Of a stretch of 20,537 nucleotides of DNA, positions 16,406-20,537 are shown in pieces. Position 1 is the first letter of the stretch, and every line of letters begins with the position of its first letter. A model generated the notes under the pieces. It did not search any database. It saw only the letters and a program-made list of their open reading frames with translations, and had not been told where the DNA came from. The stretch comes from a bacterium. GTDB taxonomy: Bacteria > Desulfobacterota > DSWW01. The stretch spans positions 1 through 20,537 of the forward strand of contig JBFLZG010000047.1 of assembly GCA_040756235.1 (NCBI GenBank), read 5' to 3'. Made by a program: the position numbers and the translations under genes.

Positions 16406-17659
16406 ATGATAGAGCAGCTCGAGGCACGGAACTCCATGGTCAACCAGGCCCTGCGTCAGAACTTCCAGAAGAAATTGGTCGATTACTTCTTCCGGTCCAA
16501 GATCATCGTCGGCGCCGCCCTGCTTGCCTGCAGCTTCTTCTTCCACTATTTCCGGTTCTTCGGCTTGGAGTCGATTCCCACGATCATCACCCTCCTGGTG
16601 GAAATGTTCATCTTCAGCTTCTACTACTTCGTTCGCTCGACCCGACCCGAGTGGGTCCTCCACTACAATCTCGCAAGCCTCTGGATCGACATCCTGGCCG
16701 TCACCGTCGCCCTCCACTACCTCGGCGGCATCTACTCCATGATGTGGCCGCTCCCCTACCTCCTTCTCATCGCCATCGCCAGCCTCTTTCTCTCCAGAAA
16801 GGGGAGGGTCATGTTCTCGGCATACGTCCTTCTCTGCTACAGCTCCCTGTTCCAACTCGAGCACCAGGGATTCCTTTCGCGCCATAATGTCTTCGGGGTC
16901 CCCCAGAGCAGCGGACTGGACGTCTTCTGTTGGGCCAGCATGGCCTTTCTCATCTTGATCATGGCGCTCGTTTCCTACAATTTCGTGGAGCTCCTCGGCC
17001 GCTTCCAGGCTTTCGCCAGCCTCGGCCGTTTTTCCACGGAGCTGGCCCACGAGATCCGCACGCCGCTGCAAGCCATCGAGAATCTCATCCACCGCGAAGA
17101 CCTGCCGCCGTCGGTCTCCGCAGAGGTCCTGGGCCAGACCGAGAGGATGTCGCGCTTCGTCAAGGAGATGCTGGCCTTCGGCAGGGAGGAGAGACAGAGG
17201 ATTTCCAGGATCCGGATCCAGGATCTCGTGGGCTACTCTGTGGACCTCGTCTCCAAGGCCCTGCCCTCCCCGTGCGGCATCGAGCTGGAAAGGCAGTTCT
17301 GCGAAGAGGACCTGTGGGTGGACGGGGACATGGAGCAGCTCACCAAGGCCCTTTCCAACCTCATGCGCAACGGCATCGATTCCATGAACGGGCGCGGCAG
17401 GCTCGTGGTGAGCGTGTCCCGGTTCGGTTTCGAGTGGCTTCAAGTGGAGATCCAGGACACCGGAACCGGCATTCTGAAGAGCGAGATCCCCAAAATCTTC
17501 GAGCCCTTTTACACGACCAAGGCGGGCAGGCGCGGGATCGGGCTCGGGCTCGCCATCGCGAAGAAGTTCGTGGAAGCGCATTCCGGCCGCATCGAGGTGG
17601 AGAGCCGGCCCGGCCTCGGCAGCAAGTTCACCGTGAAGCTCCCCCTTGCGGAGTGCTGA
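16406..17659 (+). CDS. Membrane-bound sensor histidine kinase, PilS-like N-terminal membrane domain
   Basis: About six TM segments (DILAVTVALHYLGGIYS...YLLLIAIASLFL). H-box ELAHEIRTPL, N-box NLMRNGIDSM, G1 DTGTGI, F-box IFEPFYTTK, G2 GIGLGLAI. Start at 16406 or 16436. Confidence 0.92.
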   Translation: MIEQLEARNSMVNQALRQNFQKKLVDYFFRSKIIVGAALLACSFFFHYFRFFGLESIPTIITLLVEMFIFSFYYFVRSTRPEWVLHYNLASLWIDILAVTVALHYLGGIYSMMWPLPYLLLIAIASLFLSRKGRVMFSAYVLLCYSSLFQLEHQGFLSRHNVFGVPQSSGLDVFCWASMAFLILIMALVSYNFVELLGRFQAFASLGRFSTELAHEIRTPLQAIENLIHREDLPPSVSAEVLGQTERMSRFVKEMLAFGREERQRISRIRIQDLVGYSVDLVSKALPSPCGIELERQFCEEDLWVDGDMEQLTKALSNLMRNGIDSMNGRGRLVVSVSRFGFEWLQVEIQDTGTGILKSEIPKIFEPFYTTKAGRRGIGLGLAIAKKFVEAHSGRIEVESRPGLGSKFTVKLPLAEC

Positions 17660-18161
17660 GTACTGCAGATACGGGAACGTATTTCTGTGGGGCCGCCTTG
17701 CCCGCCACGACGCGGGGCCTGCCGTTTGCCGGAGATTGCGAGGCCCAGAGGGCCGCGGCAACCTCCCGGTCAGCGGTTACAGGGGGGTCGCCGCGCTCGC
17801 GCATACCGTTCAAGCTGAGCAACCCGGATGTGGAAAGGCTCGCTCGCGAGATTCGGGATTTGGGTCCGCCGGTTGTTTGCCCCGTTCTGACAAATCGTAT
17901 GTGCAACAAGAATACGTTACCGTACTTCTGAATTCGTGTGCTGAACGGACGGCGTCCGGCGCGTTCGCCGCCCCCGCCGCTCGGTGCCCGCGCCTCTCTC
18001 GATCGCCCGCCTGATTCCGTCATCGGCCATCAGAAAAAACTCAAACCGAGCGGCCTTTCGGTCGATGAGGAAGGTATATGCGGTTGTCCGGCCGGCCCCG
18101 CGCGCGGGCGGCCGACCCGATCGATTGTCCCGCCAGGGTTCCCAAGGGGTCCTCGAGGGAG

Positions 18162-20324
18162 ATGACAGCGCCCAAGCTCCGCAAGACCGAGCCGGGCCGA
18201 AAGCCCGGCTTCCGGGTCTCCGTGCTCCCGGCGAGCACGGAGACCGACTATCAGGCCGTGTTCCACGGCGCGAACGACACCATTTTCATCCACGACGTCG
18301 AGACCGGGGCCATCCTCGACGCCAACCTCAAGTCCTCCGAGCTTTTCGGATACGGTCCGGAAGAGCTGAAGAAGATGGACGTGGGCCTCCTGAGCGGCGG
18401 GCGCCCGTTCACGCAAACGGAAGCCATGCGGCGCATCCGGCTGGCGGCTCGTGGGGCGCCTCAGGTCTTCGAATGGCTCATCCGGCACAGCTCGGGCAGG
18501 ACCCTGTGGGCCGAGGTCAGCCTGAAGCGCATCGCGATCGGAGGCCGCACCCGGGTGCTGGCGATCGTCCGGGACGTAGCGGAGCGCAAGCTGTTCGAGG
18601 AGCGCATTCTGAGCCTCAATCGCCTCAAGGAGACCCTGCTGGGGCCCTCCACCCTGACCGACAAGCTGGAGCTGATCACGCGCGGGATCGTCGACATATT
18701 CGACCTCGAATGCTCCGGGATCTGGCTCAGGCGGCCCGGGGACAGATGCGGATCCGGATGCATCCACTCCCAGGCCGAGCGCGGCCCTCACGGCTGCAGG
18801 TCCCAGGATCCCTGCCTCCATCTTGCGGCCCGTGCGGATCGCACCGCAGACCCCGGGGAGACACCACACGACCGGGTCCCGCTCGGCTCCGGCGCCATCG
18901 GCCGCGCCGCCGCCGGCCTGGAGGGGAGGGTCCTGAGCAGCGAAGTCGGCTGCGATTCCGATTCTCCGGAATCCCCTTGGGCCAAGAGGCTCGGCCTGGC
19001 CTCGTTCGCGGGTTTCCCGGTCCTTTCCACGGACGGGAGGCCGACCGGCGTGCTCGGCGCCTACGGCAAGGCTCCCATCCTTCCCCGGGACGCCGCGATG
19101 CTCGAGGACCTTGCCCGGACCACGTCCCAGGTGATCCAGGCCGCGACCGCGGAAGCCGGCAGGAAGGCCATCGAGGAGAAGTACCGGCTCGTCGTGGACA
19201 ACGCCACCGAGGGGATCTTCGTCGCCCAGGACGGCGTGGTCAAGTTCGCCAACCCGATCAGCTCCAACATGGTCGGGACCTCGTCCGATGAGCTGCCCAA
19301 GAGGCCCTTCGTCGACATGATCCACCCGGACGATCGAGACATGGTCGTGGAGAGGCACCTGCGCCGCTTGCAGGGGGAACGTTTTCCGGGCACCTACCCG
19401 TTTCGCGTGATCGCCGGCACGGGCGAGGTCTTCTGGGTCGAGATCAACGCCGTGCTGATCAACTGGGAAGGGAGGCCGGCGACGCTCAACTTCGTGCGCG
19501 ACGTGACCGCCCAGAAGAAGCTCGAGGAGCAGCTCCGGCACGCGCAGAAGATGGAAGCGCTCGGGAGGCTGGCCGGTGGCGTGGCCCACGACTTCAACAA
19601 CCTTCTGACCGCCATCCTCGGCTTTTCGGACCTGCTCCTGTCGAGCATGGGCCCGGACGATGCGGCGCGAAAAAACGTGGAGGAGATTCAGAAGGCCGGC
19701 AAGCGCGCGGCCTCCCTGACCGCCCAGCTCCTGGCCTTCGGGCGCAAGCAGGTCCGCCGGCCGAGGGTGATGGATCTGAACGAGACGATTTCAGGTATCG
19801 AGGGGATGCTGCGCCAGCTCCTCAGCCGGGAGATCGAGCTCGCGACCCTTCTGGACCCGCACGCCGCACCCATCCTGGCGGATCCGGGCCAGATCGAGCA
19901 GGTCCTGGTGAACCTGGTCGTCAATGCAAGAGACGCCATGCCGGCGGGCGGAAAGCTGGTGGTGGAGACCGCCAACTTCATTCTGGAGGAGCATCTCGAG
20001 ATCGACGGGCTCCCGCCTCCCGGCCGTTATGTATGCCTGACCGTGAGCGATACGGGAGTCGGCATCAGCCAGGCGTCGCTGCCCCGCATCTTCGACCCGT
20101 TCTATACCACGAAAGAGCTGGGGAAGGGCGCCGGCCTGGGCCTGGCCACGGTCTACGGGATCGTCACGCAAAGCGGAGGCAACATCTCGGTTTCCAGCGC
20201 GCCCGGAAAGGGCACCGTGTTCCGGCTCCACTTTCCCCAGGCGTGCGGGGCGCCGCCGTGCCCCGACGCACCGCCGCTCCCCGAGGCGCCCGCCGAGAGG
20301 GACGAGACCCCCGAAGGAAATTGA
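18162..20324 (+). CDS. Cytoplasmic PAS-GAF-PAS sensor histidine kinase (CckA-like kinase core, no receiver)
   Basis: ATG 18162 with GAGGGAG RBS. PAS ([16 protein letters not shown]...VRDVAERK), GAF, PAS ([13 protein letters not shown]...VRDVTAQK), H-box [42 protein letters not shown]. Confidence 0.92.
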   Translation: MTAPKLRKTEPGRKPGFRVSVLPASTETDYQAVFHGANDTIFIHDVETGAILDANLKSSELFGYGPEELKKMDVGLLSGGRPFTQTEAMRRIRLAARGAPQVFEWLIRHSSGRTLWAEVSLKRIAIGGRTRVLAIVRDVAERKLFEERILSLNRLKETLLGPSTLTDKLELITRGIVDIFDLECSGIWLRRPGDRCGSGCIHSQAERGPHGCRSQDPCLHLAARADRTADPGETPHDRVPLGSGAIGRAAAGLEGRVLSSEVGCDSDSPESPWAKRLGLASFAGFPVLSTDGRPTGVLGAYGKAPILPRDAAMLEDLARTTSQVIQAATAEAGRKAIEEKYRLVVDNATEGIFVAQDGVVKFANPISSNMVGTSSDELPKRPFVDMIHPDDRDMVVERHLRRLQGERFPGTYPFRVIAGTGEVFWVEINAVLINWEGRPATLNFVRDVTAQKKLEEQLRHAQKMEALGRLAGGVAHDFNNLLTAILGFSDLLLSSMGPDDAARKNVEEIQKAGKRAASLTAQLLAFGRKQVRRPRVMDLNETISGIEGMLRQLLSREIELATLLDPHAAPILADPGQIEQVLVNLVVNARDAMPAGGKLVVETANFILEEHLEIDGLPPPGRYVCLTVSDTGVGISQASLPRIFDPFYTTKELGKGAGLGLATVYGIVTQSGGNISVSSAPGKGTVFRLHFPQACGAPPCPDAPPLPEAPAERDETPEGN

Positions 20325-20337
20325 AAGCCTCCGACAC

Positions 20338-20361
20338 GGGCGACGCATGCGCCGCCCCTAC
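20338..20361 (-). repeat. GTAG-type REP palindrome (family C)
   Basis: GGGCGACGCATGCGCCGCCCCTAC, two mismatches to 767-790. Confidence 0.7.
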
Positions 20362-20362
20362 A

Positions 20363-20484
20363 TTTCCGTCATCCCGGCCCATGTGCGCAGCGCGTGTGAG
20401 CCGGGATCCGGAAGCGCGCTCAGCGACAGCCTGGAATCACGGGGAGCACGGACTGGATTCCGGCCTGCGCCGGAATGACGGAAA
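20363..20484 (+). repeat. Family B REP pair
   Basis: TTTCCGTCATCCCGGCCCATGTGCG...GAGCCGGGATCC...CTGGATTCCGGCCTGCGCCGGAATGACGGAAA, homologous to the cores at 181-298 and 10623-10740. Confidence 0.8.
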
Positions 20485-20537
20485 AGAGGCCTTGCAGGGG
20501 CGCTGCTTGCTACGCCCGTCCCCGCGATCCCGGAGCA

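Noticed and set aside
14485..19589. Long antisense or alternate-frame ORFs (14485-15945, 16400-17761, 17984-19291, 18030-19589)
   Set aside because: They shadow the well-supported MMPL and kinase genes and have no recognisable domains.
181..20484. CRISPR array or integron attC array explanation for the repeats
   Set aside because: The repeats are dispersed and in mixed orientation, with no regular spacers, no cas or integrase gene and no attC-type core sites seen.

Overview
GC-rich bacterial window, possibly deltaproteobacterial (inferred from gene content and repeat types), with three blocks. (1) About 0.4-10.6 kb is a nitric-oxide stress/export module. On the minus strand: a canonical quinol-dependent NO reductase (qNOR), a cupin and a probable NnrS-like remnant. 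Divergent from these: a TetR regulator, a secreted His-rich DUF6448-like protein whose predicted mature N-terminus (HCDTLDG) resembles the Ni-SOD nickel hook, and a five-gene YbhG/F/S/R-type ABC exporter. A 16-bp palindrome, GTGAAT-N4-ATTCAC, or a near match occurs upstream of qNOR, TetR and the exporter, suggesting one TetR regulon. (2) 11.0-15.6 kb holds an AAA+/DUF4143 ATPase between 47-bp direct repeats with its own promoter-overlapping palindrome, then an MMPL/RND transporter and an LpxH-like metallophosphoesterase. (3) 16.4-20.3 kb holds two histidine kinases with no response regulator in the window: one PilS-like, and one PAS-GAF-PAS kinase with a four-cysteine GAF insert and no receiver domain. 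Intergenic regions carry at least four families of REP/MITE-like repeats, some nested. All family assignments come from motif recognition, not database searches.
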